A stretch of DNA of 64,000 nucleotides from Candidatus Cloacimonadales bacterium (GTDB lineage Bacteria; Cloacimonadota; Cloacimonadia; Cloacimonadales; JAIOQZ01), in assembly GCA_963665815.1 (NCBI GenBank), contig OY762463.1, forward strand, positions 2,752,001 to 2,816,000, given 5' to 3'. The position numbers and the translations under genes are program-made. Positions 50,592 to 60,146 of the stretch are shown here, in pieces. The notes beneath the pieces were generated by a model. The model did no database searches and had not been told where the DNA came from. It was given only the letters and a program-made list of their open reading frames with translations. The stretch's first letter is position 1; each line of letters begins with the position of its first letter.

Positions 50592-51992
50592 ATGGATAGA
50601 CTGAATATCTTGATACTTGATGATGCTCCGGCAATAAGAGAGATTTTCATAGATTTCTGTGAAGATAATGATTATCAAGGATTTACTGCATCTACACCTG
50701 ATGAAGCTTTCAGAATTCTCAGCAAAGAGAATATTGATATTATGCTTCTTGATATCGTTCTTCCAGGAATGAATGGAATAGAAGTTCTAAAGATTGTTAA
50801 GGAAAAATATCCGACTATCGAAGTGATAATGATTTCCGGAAGCTATAATGACAGTAATATTATTCAGTCTATGAGACTTGGAGCTCTGGATTTCTTTGTA
50901 AAGCCTTTCAGAATGCTTGATGTTCAATCTGCTATTGAAAGAACAAAGAAATTTATCCGTTTGAACAGTGAATTGAAGAACATTGAGATGAATTTTTCTC
51001 TGCTTTCTCAGGAATTGCAGGATAAAATAGGTTTCAATATTATCGGTAAAAGCAAAGCAATTAAAAATGTTGTAGATCTTGTTTCAAAAGTTACTGATGC
51101 AGAGGATACTTCCGTAATGATTATAGGCGAGAGCGGTACCGGAAAAGAACTTGTAGCTCGTGGTATACATTTTATGGGAAATAGACGGAGAAAATACTTC
51201 TTTCCCGTTAACTGTTCGGCTGTTTCCGGTACACTTTTTGAAAGTGAGTTCTTTGGTCATAAAAAAGGCTCTTTTACCGGAGCTACAGAGGATAGAGTTG
51301 GCTGGTTTGAAGCTGCTGAAGGCGGAACACTTTTTCTGGATGAAATTGGCGATATGCCTCTTGAGCTTCAGACAAAGTTGTTGAGAGTTCTGGATGATAG
51401 GAAGATAAAGAAAGTTGGTTCAAATCTTGAAATACCAATTGACACCAGGATTATTTCTGCGACTAACAGAGATCTGGTTGACTTGGTGGAATCAAAGAAA
51501 TTCAGACTGGATCTTTTCCACAGGTTGAATACATTTAACATATCAATTCCACCATTAAGAGAACGAAAAGAGGATATTCCTTTATTGATAGATTATTTCA
51601 TGCAGAAATATGCAGAGAAGCTGAGAAAACAGGTTTATGAAGTACATCCGGATGTTTACAGTGCTTTAATGGATTATCCATTTACGGGTAATATCAGAGA
51701 ACTGAAAAATATGGTAGAGAGAGCTGTAATTCTTGCTGATAATGAAGTTCTGAAGTTGGAATTCTTTGGTGTAGCAGGAAGCAGTACGGTGAGAATGGAG
51801 AAGCACAGATCTGTAGAGGAAGAACACTCATTGTTATCTGAAACACTTGATCTTGCTGAACTTGAGAAAAAGGCTGTTATCATGGCTTTGAAAAAAACAA
51901 ACTACAATAAGTCTCAAGCTGCCAAAATTCTTAATATCACCTGGAATTCTCTTGATAGAAGGATGAAAAAGTACGATTTGTCCAGTGATTAG
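50592..51992 (+). CDS. NtrC-family sigma-54 response regulator
   Basis: Receiver (ILILDD, LLDIVLPG, KP); GESGTGKE, GSFTGA, LFLDEIG, GNIREL; Fis HTH. Confidence 0.95.
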   Translation: MDRLNILILDDAPAIREIFIDFCEDNDYQGFTASTPDEAFRILSKENIDIMLLDIVLPGMNGIEVLKIVKEKYPTIEVIMISGSYNDSNIIQSMRLGALDFFVKPFRMLDVQSAIERTKKFIRLNSELKNIEMNFSLLSQELQDKIGFNIIGKSKAIKNVVDLVSKVTDAEDTSVMIIGESGTGKELVARGIHFMGNRRRKYFFPVNCSAVSGTLFESEFFGHKKGSFTGATEDRVGWFEAAEGGTLFLDEIGDMPLELQTKLLRVLDDRKIKKVGSNLEIPIDTRIISATNRDLVDLVESKKFRLDLFHRLNTFNISIPPLRERKEDIPLLIDYFMQKYAEKLRKQVYEVHPDVYSALMDYPFTGNIRELKNMVERAVILADNEVLKLEFFGVAGSSTVRMEKHRSVEEEHSLLSETLDLAELEKKAVIMALKKTNYNKSQAAKILNITWNSLDRRMKKYDLSSD

Positions 51993-52000
51993 GTCTGTTT

Positions 52001-52432
52001 ATGAGACTTTGGTCGATAAATTTCAAATACTTGGATGCCAAGGGCTTGGTTGCTTTATGGAGAGAGGGGCTACTTGCCAGAAAAGTACTGATGGGGGAAA
52101 CAAAGGGATACAAAAATCATCCACAATTGATAAGGTTCAAAAATCTGGAAAATTCTGTGGATGGTATTAATCAATATTTACACTGTGTTGTAGATGAAGC
52201 TGATAGAAGAGGGTATAACTTCGACAGAGATAAACTTGATCAAGTTGAGAATACACAGTCAATAAACGTTACATCCGGTCAAATTGAGTACGAGAAAACT
52301 CATCTGATGAATAAGCTCAGGGAAAGGGATTACAATAGATTTTTAGCTTTCAGGGAAGAGACAAAAATTGAAGTTGCTAAGATGTTCAAAGTTATTGAGG
52401 GTAATATTGAAAGTTGGGAAATAATTAAGTAG
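52001..52432 (+). CDS. Pyrimidine dimer DNA glycosylase / T4 endonuclease V-like protein
   Basis: MRLWS..KYLD.KGLVALWREGLLA...GYKNHPQL.RF...EADRRGYNFD. Confidence 0.8.
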   Translation: MRLWSINFKYLDAKGLVALWREGLLARKVLMGETKGYKNHPQLIRFKNLENSVDGINQYLHCVVDEADRRGYNFDRDKLDQVENTQSINVTSGQIEYEKTHLMNKLRERDYNRFLAFREETKIEVAKMFKVIEGNIESWEIIK

Positions 52433-52495
52433 TAAAAATAATTATATTGCATTTATTTTTGAATGAACCTATTTTATAAAAAAGCAGTTGGAGTA

Positions 52496-53827
52496 ATGAT
52501 GAGTAGTAGAAAGTATTATGCAATAGTATTAACGATTTTGTTTGCCGCTTATATTTCTCTGTTGATATATTCAATAAAGAGTTATATTGATAAAATTGAA
52601 AGTCTTAAGCAGGACTCAATTCAGGATTTGGCAAATAAAATCTATATTACGACGAATGCTTATGAAAACTTGGCTAAACTTTTGTTCGATGATCATATTG
52701 ATGATACTGAAATTGAAAGAATAATGTTTTTGGCTGATAGAGTAAAAAGCAAAAAAGAAAAGGATGAGCTTCGGGAAAAACTATTCCTAATGAACGAAAA
52801 AATGTATACATTACTTAAAAGGTACAATTTCCGTCAGCTCCATTACCATTTATCAAATACTGAAAGCTTTCTCAGGATGCACAGACCTAAAAAATATGGT
52901 GATACTCTCGGTACTGCCAGAATGACAGTGTTAAAGGCAAATAGAGAAATGGTTTTTCAGAAGGGTTTTGAAGAAGGCCGAATATTTAATGGATACAGGT
53001 ATGTGTTTCCCTTAACCTATCAAGGTAAGCATTCAGGTACTATGGAAATAAGTTTCTCAATTGCAATGCTGATAAATAATCTTGAGAAACTTTTTGCTAA
53101 TGATTATCATTTTGTAATTTCCAAAGATATAGTTGATAAAAAAGTGTTTAAAGAAGAAAGAGTAATAAACTACAAAGTATGTGAAATATCCGATCAATTC
53201 TATATAGATAAAAACGCTGTCAGCACGAATATTTACAATGTCTTCAGTGATTCTGAATTCAATTCTATCCTGAAGAATCACTGTAAGAACAGTATGGAAG
53301 AGTTTATTCCATTTTGTCACACAGTAAGGTTTAATGAAAACCTGAAACTTGTTACAGGAATGCCGATTAAGAATAATGAAGGTGGAAATTTTGGCTTTAT
53401 TCTCCAGCTTTCAGATGATACCGAAAGATTTATTAATTTCAGGACAGCATTAATATTATCATTAACCGGATTATCTATTGTTTTTATTCTACTCTTGACA
53501 ATCAGTATGATTATCAAAAGGCACAGCAGGAAATCTATTGAACTGTCAAGGCTGCAAGCAGCTAATGCTATGAGCATAACGGCAAGTCATGAGATAAACC
53601 AGCCTCTTGAAATAATCCTGATGAACAGTGAGCTTCTGGAAATGACTAACTCACTTGATGAAAAGGGAGTGAAGAAGATAAGAAATATTGGTGAATCAGT
53701 CAGAAGAATAAAGGATATCCTGAACAGAATGCTGAATATTAATCACATTGAGCTAGAGAAATACACAGATAACGAAGATATGGTTAATCTGAACAAATCA
53801 CTGGAAGATATGGATAAAAACGAATAA
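52496..53827 (+). CDS. Membrane sensor with Cache-like periplasmic domain and HisKA-like tail, no ATPase domain
   Basis: Two TM helices; SFLRMHRPKKYGDTL...GFEEGR...YRYVFP (dCache_3-like); SHEINQPL H-box; ends about 80 aa later. Confidence 0.7.
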   Translation: MMSSRKYYAIVLTILFAAYISLLIYSIKSYIDKIESLKQDSIQDLANKIYITTNAYENLAKLLFDDHIDDTEIERIMFLADRVKSKKEKDELREKLFLMNEKMYTLLKRYNFRQLHYHLSNTESFLRMHRPKKYGDTLGTARMTVLKANREMVFQKGFEEGRIFNGYRYVFPLTYQGKHSGTMEISFSIAMLINNLEKLFANDYHFVISKDIVDKKVFKEERVINYKVCEISDQFYIDKNAVSTNIYNVFSDSEFNSILKNHCKNSMEEFIPFCHTVRFNENLKLVTGMPIKNNEGGNFGFILQLSDDTERFINFRTALILSLTGLSIVFILLLTISMIIKRHSRKSIELSRLQAANAMSITASHEINQPLEIILMNSELLEMTNSLDEKGVKKIRNIGESVRRIKDILNRMLNINHIELEKYTDNEDMVNLNKSLEDMDKNE

Positions 53828-53900
53828 TAATGCCAAATAGAACTTGACTAAGATATTGATATGTATATTCAATACATATTCAATAATATTCGGAGTTCAG

Positions 53901-55187
53901 ATGGCAGAAAAAATACTTGTCTTTACATATAATTATGTGCCGTATAATGTTACAGGGACATTCAGAATAATGCGTTTTGTAAAGTATTTTCCACAGAACG
54001 GTTTTACTCCTGTTGTCTTAACAGCTGACCAGGGAAATGAAGGTATTTCTGAACTGTTAAGGAAAGAAGTTCCCCCCAATGCAGAAATAATACGGAAAAG
54101 ATCTATCTTTAAAACGAAAGATAAGCTTGGTACAGGTAAGAAGACATTATATACAAATGATATTAGCTATGTAAAATCAATTGCAAAGTACATAGTAAGA
54201 TTTGTTAAAGATGTTCTTTTATCACCGGATAAACAAATTTTATGGTCAATTGCTAATATTCCCCATATAATAAGAATATTGCGTAAAAGCAAGATCAAAT
54301 ATTTGTATGTTAATTGTGGACCCTTTTCTCTTGCCGTTGCCGGAGTTCTTGTAAAGAAGATATGTGGAGTTAAACTGATTATTGATTTCAGAGATCCCTG
54401 GGTAAGTAATCACAGCCAATTGAAGCAGACGTACATCAGGAAGAAGTTTAACGAGTTCTATGAAGGAATATGCATTAAAAATGCAGATTTAGTTGTATCA
54501 GTAACAAACGAGCTCATTGATGACTTGAGAAGAAGACACAAGTTTAAAACAAAATATTTACTTATTCCTAACGGATTCGACCCAGACGATTACTCTAATC
54601 TTGGGAAATGCAAGAGATATGTCAATGATGCGAGTTTTAAATTCATTTATGGTGGGAAAGTTGATATCTTCAGCCATTTTTACAATCCTGCAACTGTATT
54701 AGAAGGTTTTAAGCTTTTCCAGGAGACCTATAATATACAAAATGCTGAACTTATTCTTTACTCGTCGATGAGTAGAGAAACTAGAGTATATATAGAACGC
54801 AAGAAAGTTAAAAATGTTATTATTCACGATTATGTAGAACGTACTGAACTATTAAATATTTTATATCAGGCAGGAGCTTTTATTCATTATATTTATCCTC
54901 AGTCAAGTCCAGAATCTATATCTTTGAAAATTTTTGAATATGCTGCTTTAGGTAAACCAATAATAAGTATTAACACAGAAGAAGGAAGTACCGCAAAGTT
55001 TTTGTTCGAAAGCAGAGCAGGTTTTTCCTGCAAGAATGTTGATATTGATAATATCTCTGAATTGTTTTATAGAGCTTACTGTATGGACTCAGAGGAGTTC
55101 AAAGCTAACGTAAATGTGGAATTTATTAATCAGTATGCTGTTAATAAATTGACGGATGAACTGGTTAAGCATATTAAAGCAATATAA
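53901..55187 (+). CDS. GT4-family glycosyltransferase
   Basis: Start re-called at ATG 53901; IDFRDPW, IPNGFD, KIFEYAALGKPI. Confidence 0.85.
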   Translation: MAEKILVFTYNYVPYNVTGTFRIMRFVKYFPQNGFTPVVLTADQGNEGISELLRKEVPPNAEIIRKRSIFKTKDKLGTGKKTLYTNDISYVKSIAKYIVRFVKDVLLSPDKQILWSIANIPHIIRILRKSKIKYLYVNCGPFSLAVAGVLVKKICGVKLIIDFRDPWVSNHSQLKQTYIRKKFNEFYEGICIKNADLVVSVTNELIDDLRRRHKFKTKYLLIPNGFDPDDYSNLGKCKRYVNDASFKFIYGGKVDIFSHFYNPATVLEGFKLFQETYNIQNAELILYSSMSRETRVYIERKKVKNVIIHDYVERTELLNILYQAGAFIHYIYPQSSPESISLKIFEYAALGKPIISINTEEGSTAKFLFESRAGFSCKNVDIDNISELFYRAYCMDSEEFKANVNVEFINQYAVNKLTDELVKHIKAI

Positions 55188-55197
55188 GGACTGTAAA

Positions 55198-56289
55198 ATG
55201 ATAAAATTATTGCTATTGAGTGATGCTTCAAATGTACATACTCAGAAATGGGCTACATACTTCAGGGATCAGAAATTCGATGTTCATATTATCAGTTTAC
55301 TTCCTGCTGAAATTGATGGAATCAAAATTCATGTCATTAATTCAAAAGCATATGCTACAAGAAAGAATAACATGGAATATTGTAAGTTGAAAGTTCTTTT
55401 CGAAGCTGTGCCACAAGTTAGACAAATTATAAAAGATATCAAGCCTGATCTGGTTCATGCTCATTTTGCTTCAAGCTACGGTTTATTCGGAGCTTTATCC
55501 GGATTTCATCCTTATTTTGTTTCAGTATGGGGATATGATACAATAAGATTTCCAGAGATATCATTTATTCATAGGAGTATTATTAAATATGTTCTTAGTA
55601 CAGCAGACAGGATATTTGCTACATCTGACTTTCTGGCAGAGAGAACTTCTCGTTACACAGATAAAAGTATAGTAATAACTCCTTTTGGTGTGGATATTGA
55701 TCTTTTCAGACCTCGACCTAAAGAAAAGTCAGATAAATTTGTTTTTGGAACTGTTAAAGCTCTGGAAGATAACTATGGAATTGATTGTCTTATTAAGGCA
55801 GCTTCAATACTGAAAGGGAAAATTGATAACTGGGAATTGTGGATAGTAGGTACCGGAACAAAAAGAGAAAAATTAGAAAAATTGGTAACAGAAAAGGGTA
55901 TTGAGGAGAATGTTGTATTTTGGGGCAGGGTTAGTAATAGTAAGGTCCCTGAAATTCTTAATAAGATGGATGTATTCACTGTGACATCATTAATATACGA
56001 GTCTTTTGGGGTTGCTGCAGTTGAAGCTTCAGCTGTTGGAATACCTGTTGTTGCCTCTCGACTTGGTGGGCTTTCTGATGTGGTTATTGATAAACTGACA
56101 GGTTTTCATGTAGATCCAGGTAATGCTGAAGAATTGGCTGAAATTATACTTCATTTGTATAAATGTCCTGAAGAAATTGATATCTTAGGAAAAAATGGAA
56201 GAAGAATGGTTGAAGAAAAATACAATTGGAAAAACAATGCTGAAATAATGCTTAAAAATTATACTTTACTCTCTACTGATAAAAATTAA
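55198..56289 (+). CDS. GT4-family glycosyltransferase
   Basis: Start re-called at ATG 55198; PDLVHAH, PFGVD, ESFGVAAVEASAVGIPVV. Confidence 0.9.
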   Translation: MIKLLLLSDASNVHTQKWATYFRDQKFDVHIISLLPAEIDGIKIHVINSKAYATRKNNMEYCKLKVLFEAVPQVRQIIKDIKPDLVHAHFASSYGLFGALSGFHPYFVSVWGYDTIRFPEISFIHRSIIKYVLSTADRIFATSDFLAERTSRYTDKSIVITPFGVDIDLFRPRPKEKSDKFVFGTVKALEDNYGIDCLIKAASILKGKIDNWELWIVGTGTKREKLEKLVTEKGIEENVVFWGRVSNSKVPEILNKMDVFTVTSLIYESFGVAAVEASAVGIPVVASRLGGLSDVVIDKLTGFHVDPGNAEELAEIILHLYKCPEEIDILGKNGRRMVEEKYNWKNNAEIMLKNYTLLSTDKN

Positions 56290-56325
56290 TAAACATGAAA
56301 TTTTAGTTTCTCAAAAGGAATAAGG

Positions 56326-57462
56326 ATGCTGATAATATTTTATACTGTTGTTTTGATTTTGCTGTATCACATTTTTTTTTATGGTTTCATCCTCAAGATT
56401 TTTTCATCTGAAAAGCCATCTCCTGAAAAGAATATTCAAGATTATCCGACTATTACAGTGCTTTGCCCAGCTTATAATGAAGAGTTGGTGATTGAGAGTA
56501 AGATAATGTCATTTTTGCGACTTGATTATCCTAAAGATAGGATAAAACTAATAGTTATTTCTGATGATTCTACTGATAATACAAATGAAATTGTCAGAAG
56601 ATTTGAGGAGAAGGGTTACATTGAACTTGTAGTACAATCTCCCAGAAGAGGGAAGCCTTCAGGACATAATCTTGTTCAACCGGGAATTAATAGTGATTAT
56701 ATTGTATCCACAGATGCAAATTCGATTTTTGATTCTCAGGCTATGAAAGAACTTGTAAAAACAATGAATACATCATCAAATGTCGGTATGGTTGTAGGTA
56801 AACTAAAACTTGTAAAGAATAATGGGCAAGACTCAGGAGAAGGATTGTACTGGAAATATGAAAGCTGGTTAAAATCAATGGATAGCAGATTCTATTCTGT
56901 AATTTGTGCCAATGGTTCTTTATTTATGGTGAAAAGGGAATTGTTTACTCAAATTCATCCAACATCTGTAGATGATTTTGAAAGAACACTTATTGTTTTA
57001 AAGAAAGGTTATATTGCAAAATATTGTCCAGATGCCTTTGTGACAGAAGATGTCACAGAAAAACCATCAGAAGAAATTAAACGAAAAATCAGAATAATTT
57101 CCAGAGAATGGTCTGCATTAAGCAGACAAAGGGAAGTATTGAATTTTTTCAAGTTTCCTGAACCTGCATTCTTGCTTGCATCTCATAAGTTAATTAGATG
57201 GTTGTTACCTTTGTTTTCTTTACTTCTATTGGTAAGTAATTGCTTTTTACTTAATACATTTTTTTACAGATTGATATTTTTGGGGCAGATTTTTGTTTAT
57301 TTATCCGGGTTGATTGAACTTCAGCTTGAGAAATGCGGGAAAGGTTTATCCCCACTAAAACTTACTGCATATTGGGTTGCAATGAATTATGCGGCTTTAA
57401 TGGCAATATTGATTTCGATAAAAGGGACTCAGCAAACTATGTGGAGTACAAAAAGAAACTAA
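56326..57462 (+). CDS. GT2-family glycosyltransferase
   Basis: PAYNEE, SDDSTDNT, TDAN, DDF, RKIRI; C-terminal TM segments. Confidence 0.9.
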   Translation: MLIIFYTVVLILLYHIFFYGFILKIFSSEKPSPEKNIQDYPTITVLCPAYNEELVIESKIMSFLRLDYPKDRIKLIVISDDSTDNTNEIVRRFEEKGYIELVVQSPRRGKPSGHNLVQPGINSDYIVSTDANSIFDSQAMKELVKTMNTSSNVGMVVGKLKLVKNNGQDSGEGLYWKYESWLKSMDSRFYSVICANGSLFMVKRELFTQIHPTSVDDFERTLIVLKKGYIAKYCPDAFVTEDVTEKPSEEIKRKIRIISREWSALSRQREVLNFFKFPEPAFLLASHKLIRWLLPLFSLLLLVSNCFLLNTFFYRLIFLGQIFVYLSGLIELQLEKCGKGLSPLKLTAYWVAMNYAALMAILISIKGTQQTMWSTKRN

Positions 57463-57519
57463 AAGCAGTAAATTATATTTAAAATCTTCTTATTGATAAG
57501 AGGGAAATTGATTTATGTT

Positions 57520-58866
57520 CTAAGTCAATAAATCATTTTTCTCAAATTTCTGTAGGATTTGATATAGTAGAAAAGTGTATAACCAGAAATCCAGATTATT
57601 ACCAATATTACCACTGAAATTTGCATTAACAAATCCACAAACAAACATAGCAGTTATAACTTGAATATCGTTTCTACTCCTTATATAATCTATGTTACGT
57701 CTGATTAAAATAAATAATTTTACAACAAGATATACTAAAGCCAAAAAGAAAAATATTCCTAATTCACACAGAGCCTCTGTGAAAATATTATGAGGGTAAC
57801 CCCATCCTGTGGACTCGAACGAGCCAAATCCAGCACCCAATATTTTATGTTTCATGAACATTTCAATTGCATGGACGTTAAGAATTATTCTTATCATAAT
57901 TGTAGAATTACTTCCTGTATCTTTTTGGGTTATTCGATTCTGTACAGATGCTGGAGCAAAAGAAATAACGGCCGCTATAAGCAAAATCAAAAGTATTAAG
58001 CCGAAGATAGTTTTTATACTACTTTTAAGCCTAATAAATACTAGAAATATAACTCCAGAAACAAATCCTAGTAATGGACCTCTGGAGGCAGTGAGTAGCA
58101 TCAAGTAAATTGCAAAAATTGCGAATGACGTAATAAAAATAATGTTAATGATTTTTCTCTTGTATCTTTCTCCGAGCTCAAGAAGATAATATATTGTTGA
58201 AAAAATAAACATTACAATAACCCTACCCAGAGATATGGGGTTCAATTTAAATAAAGTAAGTCTATTAGGAATAGAAGCATCAGTTAAAACATGCCCTGTA
58301 TCGATGTTCCAAAAATAAATCAGACTAACTGCAATTATAACTATCCCACTGAATATGTAAGCGTCAAATATTCTAGAATAACTTTTATTCCTCAATGAAA
58401 TCTCAGATACAAGGAATGTTGTGTAAATTGTTATAAACAGGTATTTAAGCTTTAGCGCTCCATATGCTTTTTCAGTTGAGATAAATTTTGTTGACAGTAC
58501 TGCATAAATAAAAAGTACAATAAGAAAATATGTAATATAATCTCTTCTTATAGTAACTAATTGTGAGATTGGTTTATAAAAGGATTTGCTAAAATACACA
58601 ATAAATGTTGAAATGATCATAAGGTAGTAAGTTGTGGGATTTACGTTCAGCGACACTTGCATTAACGAGTATACTACAGGAATAGATAATAGAATCAATA
58701 TAGAGTAAAAATTACCATCATCAATTAACTTCTTAACAATGTATAAGGTCATTAGAAAAAAGATTGCAATAAGAGCATCATATACAAAAAAGAATGAAAT
58801 CAGTATCGAGATAAGCCCAGCTGTTATGAAGCGGCTATCAGGTTTAAACTGCTTAGATGAAGTCAT
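57520..58866 (-). CDS. O-antigen ligase / Wzy-like polymerase
   Basis: Multiple TM segments; LTASRG, GAGFGSF, YPHNIF.E.LCELG. Confidence 0.85.
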   Translation of the reverse strand: MTSSKQFKPDSRFITAGLISILISFFFVYDALIAIFFLMTLYIVKKLIDDGNFYSILILLSIPVVYSLMQVSLNVNPTTYYLMIISTFIVYFSKSFYKPISQLVTIRRDYITYFLIVLFIYAVLSTKFISTEKAYGALKLKYLFITIYTTFLVSEISLRNKSYSRIFDAYIFSGIVIIAVSLIYFWNIDTGHVLTDASIPNRLTLFKLNPISLGRVIVMFIFSTIYYLLELGERYKRKIINIIFITSFAIFAIYLMLLTASRGPLLGFVSGVIFLVFIRLKSSIKTIFGLILLILLIAAVISFAPASVQNRITQKDTGSNSTIMIRIILNVHAIEMFMKHKILGAGFGSFESTGWGYPHNIFTEALCELGIFFFLALVYLVVKLFILIRRNIDYIRSRNDIQVITAMFVCGFVNANFSGNIGNNLDFWLYTFLLYQILQKFEKNDLLT

Positions 58867-60044
58867 TTCCTATTTAGAAGAAGCTTGTATATAGTTCTGA
58901 ATTTCTGAGTCTGGCCTGTCTCATCAATAAAATGGAATATTACCACAAAAGCAGAAGAAAAGATAAATGCCAGTGCAAACATTGCAATACATATCAGTGC
59001 TCTTTTGGGTTTTGCCCTTAATCCTGTTGGAACAGCTTTGTCTATAACTTCAATTAATGGAGAATCATTCAATTCATCAATTCTGGCTTTTTCGTATCTG
59101 GGATAAATAAACTCGTAGACTTCCTTTTGAAGTAAAAGATTCATTTCAAACTTTGCTACTTTTATTTGTAAGCTTGACACACTGTCAATTGGAGTGACAT
59201 ACTTTGTATATGCTTTTGTTTCAACCTGTTTGATTCTTTCATTGAGAATTTCAAGTTCATTTTTTAGTTTTGTAACTGCAAAATTGTCTACATTTATATA
59301 AAGCATAGCATTCTGCAACTCCAGTTCTTTCGTCATTTTTTCACCAACAAGTTTTGCATAAAGCTTTATAACCATCTCTGTCTGCTGAGATAATGAGACC
59401 AAGTTCTCTCTCGCATTAAATTCCTGAGTTTTAGCAGCTAATGAGTCAATTAAACTATTCAATTCAGCAATTCTTTCTTCAAGAAAAATTCTATTTCTCT
59501 TGGATTTTGTCAGTTTTTCATTATTCAGATACTTTTCAAGTCGGGAAAATAAATCATTTGCAACATTGGCAGCCAGATACTTGTCTTTATGCAATATAGA
59601 AATAGTATGAACTCCTGAATCTTCGTCCGTTGTGAAACTAATAACATCGTTTCTTAAAGCTTTAAGAGTCTGATCCCTGACAACAAGAGAATCAGGATCT
59701 TCGATTTCAAAATATTCTGTAAAATTGTATTTCCTGATCAGATCCTCTAGAAAAGTTCTACTATAGATAACAGTTTTAAATAGATGCGTTTTACTATCTT
59801 TTACATTACCCAGAAGACTGCTTGTATCAAATCCCATGACATTATCGGGGATATTCTGCATGCTCATACTAGATGAAGACTCTGTGAATGTTACATATGA
59901 TCTCCAGTATTCAGGTGTCAACAAGCTATATACTACAGCAAACACTGAAGCAATAAATGTTACAATAATAACAAATTTTTTATGTTTAGCTATAATTATC
60001 AGTAAATCAAGAATATTTTCTTCTTTATTTATTTTAGATTCCAT
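58863..60044 (-). CDS. Wzz/GumC-type chain-length determinant
   Basis: Two terminal TM segments, coiled coil, VIDKAVP...KPKR. Confidence 0.85.
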   Translation of the reverse strand: MESKINKEENILDLLIIIAKHKKFVIIVTFIASVFAVVYSLLTPEYWRSYVTFTESSSSMSMQNIPDNVMGFDTSSLLGNVKDSKTHLFKTVIYSRTFLEDLIRKYNFTEYFEIEDPDSLVVRDQTLKALRNDVISFTTDEDSGVHTISILHKDKYLAANVANDLFSRLEKYLNNEKLTKSKRNRIFLEERIAELNSLIDSLAAKTQEFNARENLVSLSQQTEMVIKLYAKLVGEKMTKELELQNAMLYINVDNFAVTKLKNELEILNERIKQVETKAYTKYVTPIDSVSSLQIKVAKFEMNLLLQKEVYEFIYPRYEKARIDELNDSPLIEVIDKAVPTGLRAKPKRALICIAMFALAFIFSSAFVVIFHFIDETGQTQKFRTIYKLLLNRK

Positions 60045-60146
60045 TTATCCTCTCAAAATTATTTATTCAACAATTTATCTGCTAAAATTAGAGTCAAGAT
60101 TTTTTATACCGCTGAATGTACAATATGTTGAAAATACTTCACTATA

